Source of the DNA: Candidatus Omnitrophota bacterium
GTDB lineage: Bacteria; Omnitrophota; Gorgyraeia; Zapsychrales; Fredricksoniimonadaceae
DNA: 64,000 nucleotides
NCBI GenBank assembly: GCA_016201795.1
Contig: JACQCF010000027.1
Span: 45,454-109,453, forward strand
Direction: 5' to 3'
Shown here: positions 30,569 to 41,136 of the stretch, one piece after another
How the letters are laid out: every line of letters starts with the position of its first letter
Numbering within the stretch: position 1 is the stretch's first letter
Made by a program: the position numbers and the translations under genes
Notes under the pieces: generated by a model
The model's input: the letters and a program-made list of their open reading frames with translations, nothing else
Told to the model about the DNA's origin: nothing
Database searches by the model: none

Positions 30569-32029
30569 ATGAGCGATGTCATCAAACAAAAACAATTGGA
30601 AGAAAATAAATTAGCCGGCGGACAGTACCGCTACGGCTTTTTTACAGATATTGAAACAGACACTATCCCTAAGGGGCTTAATGAAGAGGTTGTTCGTTTA
30701 ATTTCCCTAAAGAAAAAGGAGCCCCTCTGGATGCTGGAATGGCGTCTGAAGGCTTTTCGCCACTGGCAGAAAATGCAGGAGCCGGTGTGGCCTAATTTTG
30801 AGTATGGTCCCATTGATTATCAGGCTCTGCACTATTATTCAGCCCCCAAGCAGAAGAAAGAGAGCCCCACAAGTTTAGAGGAAGTGGATCAAGAGCTTTT
30901 AAAGACGTTTGACCGCCTGGGAATTCCTTTAACCGAGCAAAAACGTTTAACTGGGGTAGCTGTGGATGCTGTTTTTGACAGCATCTCGGTGGGGACGACG
31001 CACCAGGAAGAATTGGCAAAGCTGGGTATCATTTTCTGCTCTATGTCGGAGGCCATTTCGAACCATCCGGAACTGGTACAAAAATATATGGGTTCTGTTG
31101 TTCCGGCCGCCGATAATTTTTTTGCCTCACTAAACTCCGCGGTCTTTAGCGACGGCTCTTTTTGCTATATTCCTAAAGGCGTACACTGTCCGCTGGAGCT
31201 TTCGACGTATTTTCGCATCAATGCCGCCGACACTGGACAGTTTGAACGCACCTTGATTGTGGCGGAAGATGACAGCTATGTCAGCTATCTGGAAGGATGC
31301 ACAGCGCCAATGCGCGATACCAATCAATTGCACGCGGCGGTGGTGGAGCTAGTGGCTTTAAATAGGGCGGAGATTAAATACTCCACCGTCCAGAATTGGT
31401 ATTCCGGTAACAAAGAAGGCATAGGGGGTATCTATAATTTTGTCACCAAGCGCGGCAAATGCTTAGGGGTTCACTCTAAGATTTCCTGGACACAAGTGGA
31501 AGCCGGCAGTGCCATCACCTGGAAATATCCGTCGGTGATTTTACAAGGAGACAATTCTATTGGTAAGTTCCATTCGGTGGCTTTAACCAACGGCCATATG
31601 GCGGCGGATACCGGTACCAAGATGATTCATATCGGTAAAAACACCAAAAGCACCATTATTTCGAAGGGGATTTCTTCCGATTTTGCCCATAACAGTTATC
31701 GCGGACTTGTCAAGATTATGCCCTCGGCGACAAACGCGCGTAATTTTTCGCAATGCGATTCCATGCTGGTGGGTAATCATTGTTCAGCCAATACGTTTCC
31801 CTATATTGAAGTCAAGAACAATACGGCGGTGGTGGAGCATGAGGCATCCACGTCGAAAATTAACGCCGAGCAGATGTTTTATCTGAGCTCACGCGGGCTC
31901 GATTTGGAAGAGTCCATTTCTTTAATCATCAATGGTTTCTGTAAAGATGTGTTTAAAGAGCTTCCGTTGGAATTTTCCGTGGAAGCGGTAAAATTACTGG
32001 AGATGAAATTAGAGGGGAGTGTTGGGTAA
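30569..32029 (+). CDS. sufB: Fe-S cluster assembly protein SufB
   Basis: 486 aa with the conserved SufB C-terminal beta-helix region (...[14 protein letters not shown]...). Confidence 0.9.
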   Translation: MSDVIKQKQLEENKLAGGQYRYGFFTDIETDTIPKGLNEEVVRLISLKKKEPLWMLEWRLKAFRHWQKMQEPVWPNFEYGPIDYQALHYYSAPKQKKESPTSLEEVDQELLKTFDRLGIPLTEQKRLTGVAVDAVFDSISVGTTHQEELAKLGIIFCSMSEAISNHPELVQKYMGSVVPAADNFFASLNSAVFSDGSFCYIPKGVHCPLELSTYFRINAADTGQFERTLIVAEDDSYVSYLEGCTAPMRDTNQLHAAVVELVALNRAEIKYSTVQNWYSGNKEGIGGIYNFVTKRGKCLGVHSKISWTQVEAGSAITWKYPSVILQGDNSIGKFHSVALTNGHMAADTGTKMIHIGKNTKSTIISKGISSDFAHNSYRGLVKIMPSATNARNFSQCDSMLVGNHCSANTFPYIEVKNNTAVVEHEASTSKINAEQMFYLSSRGLDLEESISLIINGFCKDVFKELPLEFSVEAVKLLEMKLEGSVG

Positions 32030-32781
32030 TGTTAGAAATTAAAGATCTAAAAGCAGGGATTGAAGGTCAAGAAATCTTGAAAGGTATTAATTTAAGCGTG
32101 AATGCCGGCGAGGTGCATGCCCTCATGGGCCCTAACGGTTCCGGCAAAAGTACCTTAGCTAAAGTTTTAGCCGGCCATCCGCAGTATGCCGTGACTGGCG
32201 GCTCTATCGACTATGAAGTGAATTTCAAAAAGATGAATTTGCTGGAATTGCAGCCGGATGAACGTGCCAAAGAAGGCGTATTTTTGGCCTTTCAATATCC
32301 GGTGGAAATTCCCGGGGTGCCAGGCTCGGTGTTTTTAAGAGCGGCGTTTAACGCGATTTGTCGGCATCAAGGAGCAGAGGAAATGGATCCCATTGATTTT
32401 GACCAATACCTGCGTGCAAAAATGACACTGCTGAATATAGATGAGAAATTCATTGACCGTCCGGTCAATGTGGATTTCTCCGGCGGGGAGAAAAAACGCA
32501 ATGAAATTTTGCAGATGGCGGTGCTCAATCCCCGTCTGGCGGTTTTGGATGAGACCGACTCCGGGCTGGATATTGACTCGATGAAAATTGTCGCGGCAGG
32601 AGTCAATAAATTAAGAAACAAGCACAATGCGATTATTTTAATTACCCACTATCAGCGTCTTTTGAATTATATTCAGCCGGATTTTGTGCATATTGTTTAC
32701 GACGGAAAAATTATCAAAAGCGAAGGCAGGGAACTGGCTTTGGAAGTGGAAAATAAAGGATACGATTGGTTGATCAAATGA
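32029..32781 (+). CDS. sufC: Fe-S cluster assembly ATPase SufC
   Basis: Walker A GPNGSGKSTL, ABC signature FSGGEKKRNEILQ, Walker B LAVLDETDSGLD. Confidence 0.9.
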   Translation: MLEIKDLKAGIEGQEILKGINLSVNAGEVHALMGPNGSGKSTLAKVLAGHPQYAVTGGSIDYEVNFKKMNLLELQPDERAKEGVFLAFQYPVEIPGVPGSVFLRAAFNAICRHQGAEEMDPIDFDQYLRAKMTLLNIDEKFIDRPVNVDFSGGEKKRNEILQMAVLNPRLAVLDETDSGLDIDSMKIVAAGVNKLRNKHNAIILITHYQRLLNYIQPDFVHIVYDGKIIKSEGRELALEVENKGYDWLIK

Positions 32782-34094
32782 TGGCTCAAGAACAATTGCC
32801 CTTGAAGATCGAGGGTATCGATGAATATCAAACTAAATTAATTCACAACTCCTGCGATTGGCTCAAAGATTCGCGCCAGAGGGCCGTGGCTCAATTTGCT
32901 CAACTCGGTCTTCCCACCCTCAAAGATGAGGAGTGGAAATACACGTCTTTGGCGGAATTGTCCTCTAAACGTCTACAAATAGCTTCTCATCATAAATTAA
33001 CGGAAGAGAAACAATTCCACGCTTACGCCGATGGCGCCGATATCAATATCGTTTTAATCAACGGTGTTTTGTGGGGAGATTTGTCCACCATCAAACATCT
33101 GCCTCAGGGGATTATTGTTAAATCTTTTTCTGACGCCGCTGTTCATTTCCCTGCGGAGCTTAAGGAAACCGTTAGTAAATTGACCGCTAATGATTCCAAG
33201 CCGTTATTATATTTAAACCAGGCGTTGTTTTTAGACGGCATTTTTATCAAAATCGAAAACAATGCCGTTATTGAACCTTTGGTGCACATCATTCATGTGA
33301 CCAGTAATATTGAACAGGACACGGTTGTTTTTCCACGCAGCATCATTCACATTGGCGTCGCAGCCAAGGCCGCCATCCTTGAGAGCTATATCGGTTTTAC
33401 ACCTAATAGCTACTGGAGCAATGCGTTAACGGATATGCGTATCGGTGAAAATGCCCAGGTGAAATATTGTAAAGCCGAAGGAGAAGCTTCCCATGCCGTG
33501 CATACAGCTACCACCCGCATCTGGCAGGAACGTTTCAGTCAGCTGGAATCTTTTTCTTTTACCCATCGCGCCAAACTGGTGCGCAATAATTTAACCATTT
33601 TGCTTAAAGGCGAAGGTACTAACACCATCATGAACGGGCTTTATGCCATCGATGGCCTGCAGCACGTGGATAATCACACGCTTCTGGACATTCAGCAGCC
33701 CAATTGCACCAGCTATCAGCTTTATAAAGGAATTCTCAATGACGCCGCGCACGCGGTTTTTAACGGAAAAATTTATGTGCATCCGATAGCCCAAAAAACC
33801 AATGCATATCAGCTCAATAAACATTTATTGTTAGGTAAAGAATCCAGAGTGGATACCAAGCCGCAGTTGGAAATTTTTGCCGACGATGTCAAATGCACCC
33901 ATGGGGCGACCGTGGGACAGCTGAGCGACGAAGAAATTTTTTATCTGCAGAGCCGCGCGATTACTAAAGAATTGGCTTCACAGCTTTTAGCTAAAGGGTT
34001 TATTGATGATATCATCAACACCATTGCCTCTGGTTCTATCCGTCAAAAGCTCAGCAAGCTTTTAGCTAAAAAATTTCCGGAAGTGAAACTCTAA
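32778..34094 (+). CDS. sufD: Fe-S cluster assembly protein SufD (track TTG start at 32766 also possible)
   Basis: SufB/D family C-terminal region (...HGATVGQLSDEEIFYLQSRAI...). Position between sufC and sufS. Confidence 0.8.
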   Translation: MMAQEQLPLKIEGIDEYQTKLIHNSCDWLKDSRQRAVAQFAQLGLPTLKDEEWKYTSLAELSSKRLQIASHHKLTEEKQFHAYADGADINIVLINGVLWGDLSTIKHLPQGIIVKSFSDAAVHFPAELKETVSKLTANDSKPLLYLNQALFLDGIFIKIENNAVIEPLVHIIHVTSNIEQDTVVFPRSIIHIGVAAKAAILESYIGFTPNSYWSNALTDMRIGENAQVKYCKAEGEASHAVHTATTRIWQERFSQLESFSFTHRAKLVRNNLTILLKGEGTNTIMNGLYAIDGLQHVDNHTLLDIQQPNCTSYQLYKGILNDAAHAVFNGKIYVHPIAQKTNAYQLNKHLLLGKESRVDTKPQLEIFADDVKCTHGATVGQLSDEEIFYLQSRAITKELASQLLAKGFIDDIINTIASGSIRQKLSKLLAKKFPEVKL

Positions 34095-34109
34095 GAGGGG
34101 AGGATTCGC

Positions 34110-35336
34110 GTGTCTGCCTTTGATGTTCATCGTTATAGAGTGGATTTCCCCAACCTTAACATCAGTGTCCATGGCAAGCCTTTGGTTTATCTGGACAATG
34201 CCGCCACCACCCTCAAACCCCGCTGTGTTATTGATGCGATCAATGCTTATTATGTCACCGGGGTGGCCAATGTGCACCGCGGGGTGCATTATTTAAGCGA
34301 GCAGGCCACCGCCGCTTTTGAATATTCCCGTCAGGTGGTACGGCAATTTCTCCATGCCCGTCGGGTGCAGGAAATCATTTTCACCAAAGGATGCACGGAG
34401 TCTCTTAATCTTGTGGCCCAGGCTTACGGCAGGCAGTTTCTGAAATCCGGTGATGAAATCATTATTTCTCATATGGAGCATCATTCCAACATTGTCCCCT
34501 GGCAAATGCTTTGCCAGCAAGTCGGATGCGTGCTTAAAGTCATTCCCATCAACGATCAGGGCGAAATTATCATCGAGGAATATCTTAAACTTTTATCGGA
34601 TAAAACCAAACTGGTTTCGCTGGTGTGGGTGTCGAATTCACTAGGAACAGTTAATCCTGTCAAGACCATGGTTGAGGCCGCGCATAAGAAAGGGGCGGTC
34701 GTCGTTATCGATGCGGCCCAGGCTGTCACGCATACGCCGATTAATGTTCAAGATTTAGATTGCGACTTTTTGGTTTTCTCGGGCCATAAAATTTTTGGCC
34801 CGACGGGAGTGGGAGTTCTGTACGGCAAAGAAAAATGGCTGGAAGCCATGCCGCCTTATCAGGGAGGTGGGGACATGATCAAAACGGTCACTTTTGCCCA
34901 AACCACCTATAACACTTTACCTTATAAATTTGAGGCGGGAACGCCGCCGATTGCCGAGGTCATTGGCCTGCGATCAGCTCTGGAATATCTTCAAACCATT
35001 AGCTGGGAAGGTATGAGACAACACAAACAAGAATTACTCAATTATGGAACCAAGATACTTTTATCTATTGATGGCGTGCGCATCATCGGTACCGCCAAAG
35101 ATAAAACTTCCATTGTATCGTTTGTCGTCGAGGGTATTCACCCTCATGATTTAGGGACCTTGGTTGACCGGGAAGGAGTGGCGGTTCGCACCGGCCATCA
35201 CTGTACCCAGCCGGTGATGCAGCGCTTTGGAGTTCCCGCGACCGCCCGGGTTTCGTTGGCTTTTTATAACACCAAGGAAGAGATTAATATTTTGAGCCAG
35301 GCGGTGAAAAAAACTCAGGTTGTTTTTCAAAGATAG
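34110..35336 (+). CDS. sufS: Cysteine desulfurase SufS (class V aminotransferase), GTG start
   Basis: IISHMEHHSNIVPWQ, PLP-Lys SGHKIFGPTGVGVLYG, catalytic RTGHHCTQP. Confidence 0.85.
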   Translation: MSAFDVHRYRVDFPNLNISVHGKPLVYLDNAATTLKPRCVIDAINAYYVTGVANVHRGVHYLSEQATAAFEYSRQVVRQFLHARRVQEIIFTKGCTESLNLVAQAYGRQFLKSGDEIIISHMEHHSNIVPWQMLCQQVGCVLKVIPINDQGEIIIEEYLKLLSDKTKLVSLVWVSNSLGTVNPVKTMVEAAHKKGAVVVIDAAQAVTHTPINVQDLDCDFLVFSGHKIFGPTGVGVLYGKEKWLEAMPPYQGGGDMIKTVTFAQTTYNTLPYKFEAGTPPIAEVIGLRSALEYLQTISWEGMRQHKQELLNYGTKILLSIDGVRIIGTAKDKTSIVSFVVEGIHPHDLGTLVDREGVAVRTGHHCTQPVMQRFGVPATARVSLAFYNTKEEINILSQAVKKTQVVFQR

Positions 35337-35351
35337 GACCCTCAAAGACCC

Positions 35352-35798
35352 ATGCGCGATGAATTGTATCAACAGACGATTTTAGAACATAACCGTTCTC
35401 CTCGGAATTTCAAAAAACTCGAGGGGGCCACTCATGCGGCGGAAGGCTACAATCCGCTGTGCGGCGATCACTTATGGATTTACATAAAGGTTAACCCTCA
35501 AAATATGATTGAGGAAGTTTCTTTCGAAGGTTCCGGTTGTGCGATTTCCAAAGCTTCGGCTTCCATGATGACAACAGCCCTTAAGGACAAAACCATCGAA
35601 GAAACTAACCTCTTATTTGATGAGTTTCATAAATTGGTTATCGGTCAGTTAAAACCGGATCAGCAGTCCAATCATTTGGGCAAATTGACTGTATTTTCCG
35701 GCATCTGGCAGTACCCTTCCCGGGTCAAATGCGCTGTATTACCCTGGCATACCATGCATGGCGCTTTGGAGAAGGTTAAGACGATTTCTACGGAATAG
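35352..35798 (+). CDS. sufU: SufU/IscU-like Fe-S scaffold or sulfur acceptor
   Basis: NPLCGDHLWIYIKV...GSGCAISKASASMMT...CAVLPW are the SufU-type Cys ligands. Confidence 0.8.
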   Translation: MRDELYQQTILEHNRSPRNFKKLEGATHAAEGYNPLCGDHLWIYIKVNPQNMIEEVSFEGSGCAISKASASMMTTALKDKTIEETNLLFDEFHKLVIGQLKPDQQSNHLGKLTVFSGIWQYPSRVKCAVLPWHTMHGALEKVKTISTE

Positions 35799-35801
35799 GT
35801 T

Positions 35802-36824
35802 ATGGGACACAGTATCACAGATCAATTTAATCGGCCTCTTAGGGATCTGCGCATTTCGGTTATAGACCGCTGTAATTTCCGCTGCCCCTATTGTATGCCG
35901 GATGAACAATTTTCTCATACTTATCAATTTCTGGATAAAGATCAATGGCTCACCTTCGAGGAAATTTTCAGGTTAGTTAGAATTTTTGTAAGTCTGGGGG
36001 TAGAAAAGGTACGCTTAACCGGCGGAGAGCCCTTATTGAGGCCCCATATGGATGAGCTTGTTAAAAATCTTTCGATGATTGAGGGGATTAAAGATTTAGC
36101 GTTAACCACTAACGGTTCCTTGCTTGGAGGTTATGCCGTTCAACTTAAAAAGGCAGGCCTCAAACGTTTGACGATTAGTTTAGATTCCCTGGATCCACAG
36201 GTATTTAAGACTTTAAGCGGTGCTAAAGGTCGTGTGGAACAAATTTTGGATGGCATTAAAGTTGCCGAAGCGGTAGGCTTTAAACAGATGAAAATCAACG
36301 CGGTGATTCAGCGGGGAGTGAATGATCATACGGTTTTGGATCTGGTGCGTTTTTTTCGCGGTAGCGGCCATACGCTTCGTTTTATCGAATACATGGATGT
36401 GGGCAATCAAAATCATTGGGATTTAACCCAGGTCGTGCCTTCGAGGGAAATTATCGCAAAAATTCATAAGATTTATCCCCTGGAATCTATCGGCGGCACC
36501 GAAGGGGGGGGAACCTCACAGCGCTACCGATTTATCGATGGTCAGGAGGAGATTGGATTTATCTCCTCGGTGAGCCAGCCTTTTTGCGGCACCTGCAACC
36601 GTCTGCGTTTATCTGCGGATGGGAAAATGTACACTTGCCTGTTTGCCACGCAAGGGACGGATTTACGGGAGCATTTAAGAAATGGGGCCAGTGATGACTT
36701 TTTAGCCCATTTAATCCGTGTGGTGTGGATGAAGCGCGAAGACCGCTATTCCGAACTGCGCTCCCAAATTCACCAGACGCACAGGCCGATGCATAAAGTC
36801 GAAATGTATCAAATTGGAGGGTAG
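35802..36824 (+). CDS. moaA: GTP 3',8-cyclase MoaA (radical SAM)
   Basis: CNFRCPYCMP radical-SAM motif and C-terminal CGTCNRLRLSADGKMYTCLF second cluster. Confidence 0.9.
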   Translation: MGHSITDQFNRPLRDLRISVIDRCNFRCPYCMPDEQFSHTYQFLDKDQWLTFEEIFRLVRIFVSLGVEKVRLTGGEPLLRPHMDELVKNLSMIEGIKDLALTTNGSLLGGYAVQLKKAGLKRLTISLDSLDPQVFKTLSGAKGRVEQILDGIKVAEAVGFKQMKINAVIQRGVNDHTVLDLVRFFRGSGHTLRFIEYMDVGNQNHWDLTQVVPSREIIAKIHKIYPLESIGGTEGGGTSQRYRFIDGQEEIGFISSVSQPFCGTCNRLRLSADGKMYTCLFATQGTDLREHLRNGASDDFLAHLIRVVWMKREDRYSELRSQIHQTHRPMHKVEMYQIGG

Positions 36825-36830
36825 CGTAAT

Positions 36831-37205
36831 ATGCCTCAAAAAATTCTTATTGCGGATGATGATCAAGATACCGTTTATCTCCTGAAAGAGGTTTTACAAA
36901 AGCACGGTTATGAAGTTCTGACGGCTTCGGATGGTTATCAGGCTTTGAAGATAGTTAAAGCAAACGTTCCTGATTTGATGATTGTTGATCTAACCATGCC
37001 TAGTATGAGCGGATGGCAATTTACTGTGAAGGTCCGTCAGGACGAACGTTTTAAGACTACCCCGATTATTGTGTTAAGCGGCTTGCTTGAAGGCAACGCC
37101 GAGCCTGAAAAATTCGAGCTTGTCAGCGCCTATATGGTTAAGCCCTACGATGTCTTTAAGCTGATTGATAAGATTAAAGAACTGCTGAAGGGACCTTCAG
37201 GTTAA
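36831..37205 (+). CDS. Stand-alone REC-domain response regulator (CheY-like)
   Basis: KILIADDDQD...DLMIVDLTMPSMSG...IIVLSG...K. 124 aa, no output domain. Confidence 0.75.
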   Translation: MPQKILIADDDQDTVYLLKEVLQKHGYEVLTASDGYQALKIVKANVPDLMIVDLTMPSMSGWQFTVKVRQDERFKTTPIIVLSGLLEGNAEPEKFELVSAYMVKPYDVFKLIDKIKELLKGPSG

Positions 37206-37221
37206 GATGTCAATGTCACGC

Positions 37222-38181
37222 TTACCAAAATTCTTCTTTTTTAGTTTCCGCACTATGGAATGGCCCTACAAACCGCACTTCGCGGTTTAGCTGCAGGCTA
37301 AACTTGTCTTTGACGATTTCAATCATTTTGAGGTGCAGGTCATACACGTCTTTTGAAGTACAGCGTGGACCTTTGATGATGATATTGGCGTGTTTTTTGA
37401 AAATATAAGCGCCGCCGACCCGTAAGTCTTTTGCACCGGCCTGTTCTAGAAACCATCCGGCAGCCTGACGTTTGCCAGCCTTGGAAGTAGGCTCGATGTT
37501 GCGGAAAAAACTTCCTGCGCAGGGTTCGGTTTTAAGGTCGGGATGTTTTTCGGCCCGTATTTTTAAAATTTCAGCCCGCTTTTGGGCCAGAGCCACGGGA
37601 TCGCCCGCCTTTAAAGTAAAACGCACCGAAGAGATAATGTCATTGGTTTCTTTCAAACGCGAATGGCGGTATTGAAAGCCAAAATAACTATTTTTTACTT
37701 CTTTAAGATTGCCTTTTTTGTCTAAAATCACGGCGGATTTTAAGACATCACCGACCTGTTTGCCCCAGGCGCCGGCATTACCCACCACCGCCCCGCCGAC
37801 AGTTCCCGGAATTCCGGTGGCGTAATTAAGCCCTTCCAAGCTTTCATCCACACAATAAAGGACCAGGTCATCCAAAATGGTGCTGGCGGCCACTACCACA
37901 TCATTGCCGTCGCGTTCAATTAAAGGAGCAGTTGAAACATAACGGATGACCGCTGCCTTAAGGCCGTTATCAGAAATCACCAGATTTGATCCGCTGCCGA
38001 TCAGAATAAAATGGGTTTTATCCTTGGATAAGGATTTGACTGCCTTTTGTAATTCTTCAGGGGTTTCGCAATTCATCAGAAGGCGACAGGGGCCGCCTAA
38101 TTGGAAGGTGGTGTAATCACGCAAAAGAGCCTGGGGGATGGCTTTCATAGAATCACGGGAGTTTGGGACCCTCGAATCCAT
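37222..38181 (-). CDS. murB: UDP-N-acetylenolpyruvoylglucosamine reductase
   Basis: FAD-binding LRDYTTFQLGGPCRLL...ILIGSGSNLV and a C-terminal MurB domain. Confidence 0.85.
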   Translation of the reverse strand: MDSRVPNSRDSMKAIPQALLRDYTTFQLGGPCRLLMNCETPEELQKAVKSLSKDKTHFILIGSGSNLVISDNGLKAAVIRYVSTAPLIERDGNDVVVAASTILDDLVLYCVDESLEGLNYATGIPGTVGGAVVGNAGAWGKQVGDVLKSAVILDKKGNLKEVKNSYFGFQYRHSRLKETNDIISSVRFTLKAGDPVALAQKRAEILKIRAEKHPDLKTEPCAGSFFRNIEPTSKAGKRQAAGWFLEQAGAKDLRVGGAYIFKKHANIIIKGPRCTSKDVYDLHLKMIEIVKDKFSLQLNREVRFVGPFHSAETKKEEFW

Positions 38182-38576
38182 GCGCAGGTGCCGTCTGTAT
38201 AGAATTCTTTTTTCCAGATGAGCAATCGTTTTTTGATTTCTTCGATGATGTACCGGCAGCCTTTAAAAGCCTCGTCTCTATGAGAGGCCCAAACGCCAAT
38301 CCACACGGCTGTTTCTGTTGAATTCACTTTACCGACTCTTTGGATGCATACCGCCTCTGTGATAGGAAACAGAGAAAGAGCTTCTTCGATTATTTTTTCG
38401 CCCTCTTGGACGCACGCTGGGGTGTCAGCAATATATAAAAGAGCGTTCACCTGCCTGCCTTTACGCTCATCGCTTCTGACGATACCTTCAAAACTCACCA
38501 TAGCCCCATGGATAGGGTTGGTGCCGGCATTTCTTAGCTTTATAGGATCAATAGGATTTTCTTGAAGAATGAACAT
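38145..38576 (-). CDS. moaE: Molybdopterin synthase catalytic subunit MoaE
   Basis: From MFILQE: GAMVSFEGIVRSDERKG...ASHRDEAFKGCRYIIEEIKKRLLIWKKE is the MoaE signature. The track 5' extension to 38624 would overlap the ferredoxin gene. Confidence 0.75.
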   Translation of the reverse strand: MFILQENPIDPIKLRNAGTNPIHGAMVSFEGIVRSDERKGRQVNALLYIADTPACVQEGEKIIEEALSLFPITEAVCIQRVGKVNSTETAVWIGVWASHRDEAFKGCRYIIEEIKKRLLIWKKEFYTDGTCAWIRGSQTPVIL

Positions 38577-38578
38577 GT

Positions 38579-38833
38579 TTAATACGTTACCTTGACTATA
38601 CCAGCAAGGATTTTGCACTGGCATCCCAGGCGGTGATTGCGGTCCATGGCTAAATCGGTTTCTTCTTTGTTAAGCTCATCGAGATTATCAGCGCCCTCTA
38701 AAATTTCAATTTGGCATGTGCCGCAGACGCCGGAGTTGCAGCTAAAGGGGATCCCCGCGTTTTCACAGGTTTCGGCAATTTGATAGCCGTCAGGCACTTC
38801 GTATTCGATGTTGTCGATATAGATTTTGGCCAT
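38579..38833 (-). CDS. Small [2Fe-2S] ferredoxin (beta-grasp)
   Basis: MAKIYID...CNSGVCGTCQIEIL...GCQCK gives the C-x4-C-x2-C...C ligand pattern. 84 aa from the first ATG. Confidence 0.6.
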   Translation of the reverse strand: MAKIYIDNIEYEVPDGYQIAETCENAGIPFSCNSGVCGTCQIEILEGADNLDELNKEETDLAMDRNHRLGCQCKILAGIVKVTY

Positions 38834-38845
38834 AATAGTCAATTA

Positions 38846-39772
38846 TCATTCTTTAAATTGCAATACGGGAAATACAATATTTTTTTCCGGATTCTCGAAT
38901 TCGTGCACGATGGTTTCAGGGTAATGGGTTTTAATTTTTTTAATGATGGCATCCACTAAATAACGGGGGACCGAGGCACCGGAACTTAAACCGATTTTGG
39001 TTTTATCTTTTAAAATGGAAATATTGAGCTCTTTGGCCGTATCAACGATATGGCTGCTGACGCCTTGCTGTTGGCCGGTTTCGCGCAGGCGATTGCTGTT
39101 GGAGCTGTGCGGCGAACCGCAGATGATAATGACGTCACAGATTTTAGCCAATTCCTTGACCGCGTCCTGGCGATTTTGGGTTGCGTAACAGATGTCCGAG
39201 CGCGGGGGGGCCATGAGTTTAGGAAATTTTTGTTTTAATTTTTCGATTATACCTTTGGTTTCATCCACCGAAAGGGTTGTTTGGGTAATATAAGCCACGG
39301 TTTTTTGGGCGTCAATATGAAGTTGATCCACGTCCTTTTCGTCCTCGATAATATGCAGTAAATTCGGGTGCACATAACCCGAGGTACCCACCAGTTCCTG
39401 GTGGCCCACGTGGCCGATGAGCACCGTATCCATATTTTGATTGGAGAATTTGACGGCTTCTTTATGGACTTTGGTGACCAAAGGGCAGGTGGCATCCACG
39501 AATTTTAAATGTCTGGCCTTGGCGTTATTAATAATTCCTGGCGGCACGCCGTGGGCGCTAAAGATAATGCGCGCACCCTCAGGCACGTCATTTAAATCTT
39601 CCACAAAAATGACCCCGCGATTTTTCATATCATTGACCACCGATGTATTATGGACAATGTCATGATACACGTAAAGGGGGGTGCCGTAGGTTTTCAGCGC
39701 CAGTTCCACAATATCGATGGCGCTTGCCACCCCCGCACAGAATCCTTGAGTTCTTGCTAGAAAGATTTCCAA
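38846..39772 (-). CDS. ispH: 4-hydroxy-3-methylbut-2-enyl diphosphate reductase
   Basis: MEIFLARTQGFCAGV...SAHGV...ATCPLVTKVH is the conserved IspH/LytB Cys triad context. Confidence 0.9.
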   Translation of the reverse strand: MEIFLARTQGFCAGVASAIDIVELALKTYGTPLYVYHDIVHNTSVVNDMKNRGVIFVEDLNDVPEGARIIFSAHGVPPGIINNAKARHLKFVDATCPLVTKVHKEAVKFSNQNMDTVLIGHVGHQELVGTSGYVHPNLLHIIEDEKDVDQLHIDAQKTVAYITQTTLSVDETKGIIEKLKQKFPKLMAPPRSDICYATQNRQDAVKELAKICDVIIICGSPHSSNSNRLRETGQQQGVSSHIVDTAKELNISILKDKTKIGLSSGASVPRYLVDAIIKKIKTHYPETIVHEFENPEKNIVFPVLQFKE

Positions 39773-39792
39773 GCGAGGGATCTCCTTAATTC

Positions 39793-39821
39793 ATTGCTTT
39801 TAATGAGTCAATTTCCTATAA
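39793..39821 (+). promoter_or_regulatory. Sigma70-like promoter TTGCTT-17nt-TATAAT for ispG (divergent from ispH)
   Basis: Read directly: ttgcttttaatgagtcaatttcctataat, ~35 nt upstream of the ispG ATG. Confidence 0.4.
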
Positions 39822-39858
39822 TACTCGTCAATTATAGCATTATTTATTGGACTGTAAA

Positions 39859-41073
39859 ATGAAAACCCTGCGTCGAAAAACCCCCATCGTTCGAGTTGGA
39901 AACTTAAATCTAGGAAGCCAGCATCCTATCTGCATCCAGTCCATGACCGATACTCCCACGGCGGATGTGAGTAAAACTTTAGCTCAAACCAAAGAACTGA
40001 TTGCCGCAGGCTCAGAGCTGGTGCGCTGGACCATCAATGACGATAAAGCCGCCAAAGGAGCGGCTGAGGTTGTAGGTCTTTTACGTCAGGAAGGCATTGA
40101 AACCCCCATCATCGGTGATTTTCATTTTAATGGTCATATTTTATTGAAGAACAATCCTCAAACAGCCAAAGCTTTGGATAAATACCGTATTAACCCAGGT
40201 AATGTGGGTAAAGGCCGTCTGCACGACGATAATTTTGCCCAGATTGTGAAAATTGCTGTCAATAACGGCAAAGCCGTGCGTATTGGGGTCAATTGGGGGT
40301 CGTTGGATCAGGAATTATTGACCGCACTTATGGATACCAATGCTAGGCTTTCAAAGCCTAAAGACGCCCGCGATGTCACCATCGATACTATGATTCAAAG
40401 TGCCTTGCGCTCGTCGGAATATGCTCTTAAGTTAGGATTGCCCAAAGAAAAAATTGTCCTTAGTGTCAAAATGTCTGTGTTGCAGGATATGGTGAGGGCT
40501 TATGAACGTTTGGCCAAGGAGTGTGATTTAGCTCTGCATTTGGGATTGACCGAGGCCGGGACCGATATCAAAGGGGCTGTTTCTTCAGTAGCGGCTTTAG
40601 CCATTTTATTGCAGCAGGGTATCGGGGATACCATCCGTGTGTCATTAACTCCTGTGCCCAATGTGAGCCGTGCCAAAGAAGTGGAGGTGTGCAAAGAACT
40701 TTTGCAGTCCATGGGTTTTCGCTATTTTGCCGCATCGGTGACCAGTTGTCCGGGCTGCGGGCGTACCTCCAGCGATTATTTTCAATATCTGGCTCAGGAT
40801 ATCAACGCGCATATCAAATTAAAAATGCCGCTATGGAAAAATCAATATCCAGGTGTTGAGGAATTGAAAATTGCAGTCATGGGCTGTGTAGTTAACGGCC
40901 CCGGGGAAAGCCGTCACGCGGATATTGGTATCAGCCTGCCAGGCACTTCGGAAAAACCCATCGCGCCGGTCTACGTCAACGGCCAGGAACTAACCACGCT
41001 TAAAGGGGACCATATCAAGGAAGAATTCATTGTGATTTTGGAAGACTATATTAAAAATCGTTATAACCAATAG
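39859..41073 (+). CDS. ispG: 4-hydroxy-3-methylbut-2-en-1-yl diphosphate synthase (flavodoxin)
   Basis: VGNLNLGSQHPICIQSMT..., TSCPGCGRT and MGCVVNGPGES Fe-S ligand motifs. The track start at 39847 is TTG. The ATG at 39859 is preferred. Confidence 0.9.
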   Translation: MKTLRRKTPIVRVGNLNLGSQHPICIQSMTDTPTADVSKTLAQTKELIAAGSELVRWTINDDKAAKGAAEVVGLLRQEGIETPIIGDFHFNGHILLKNNPQTAKALDKYRINPGNVGKGRLHDDNFAQIVKIAVNNGKAVRIGVNWGSLDQELLTALMDTNARLSKPKDARDVTIDTMIQSALRSSEYALKLGLPKEKIVLSVKMSVLQDMVRAYERLAKECDLALHLGLTEAGTDIKGAVSSVAALAILLQQGIGDTIRVSLTPVPNVSRAKEVEVCKELLQSMGFRYFAASVTSCPGCGRTSSDYFQYLAQDINAHIKLKMPLWKNQYPGVEELKIAVMGCVVNGPGESRHADIGISLPGTSEKPIAPVYVNGQELTTLKGDHIKEEFIVILEDYIKNRYNQ

Positions 41074-41136
41074 TAAGCAAATTTTCTTCCCACAAGGCGT
41101 TTTCTTGTGTATAATTTCACCCTTACATCTCTAGTT

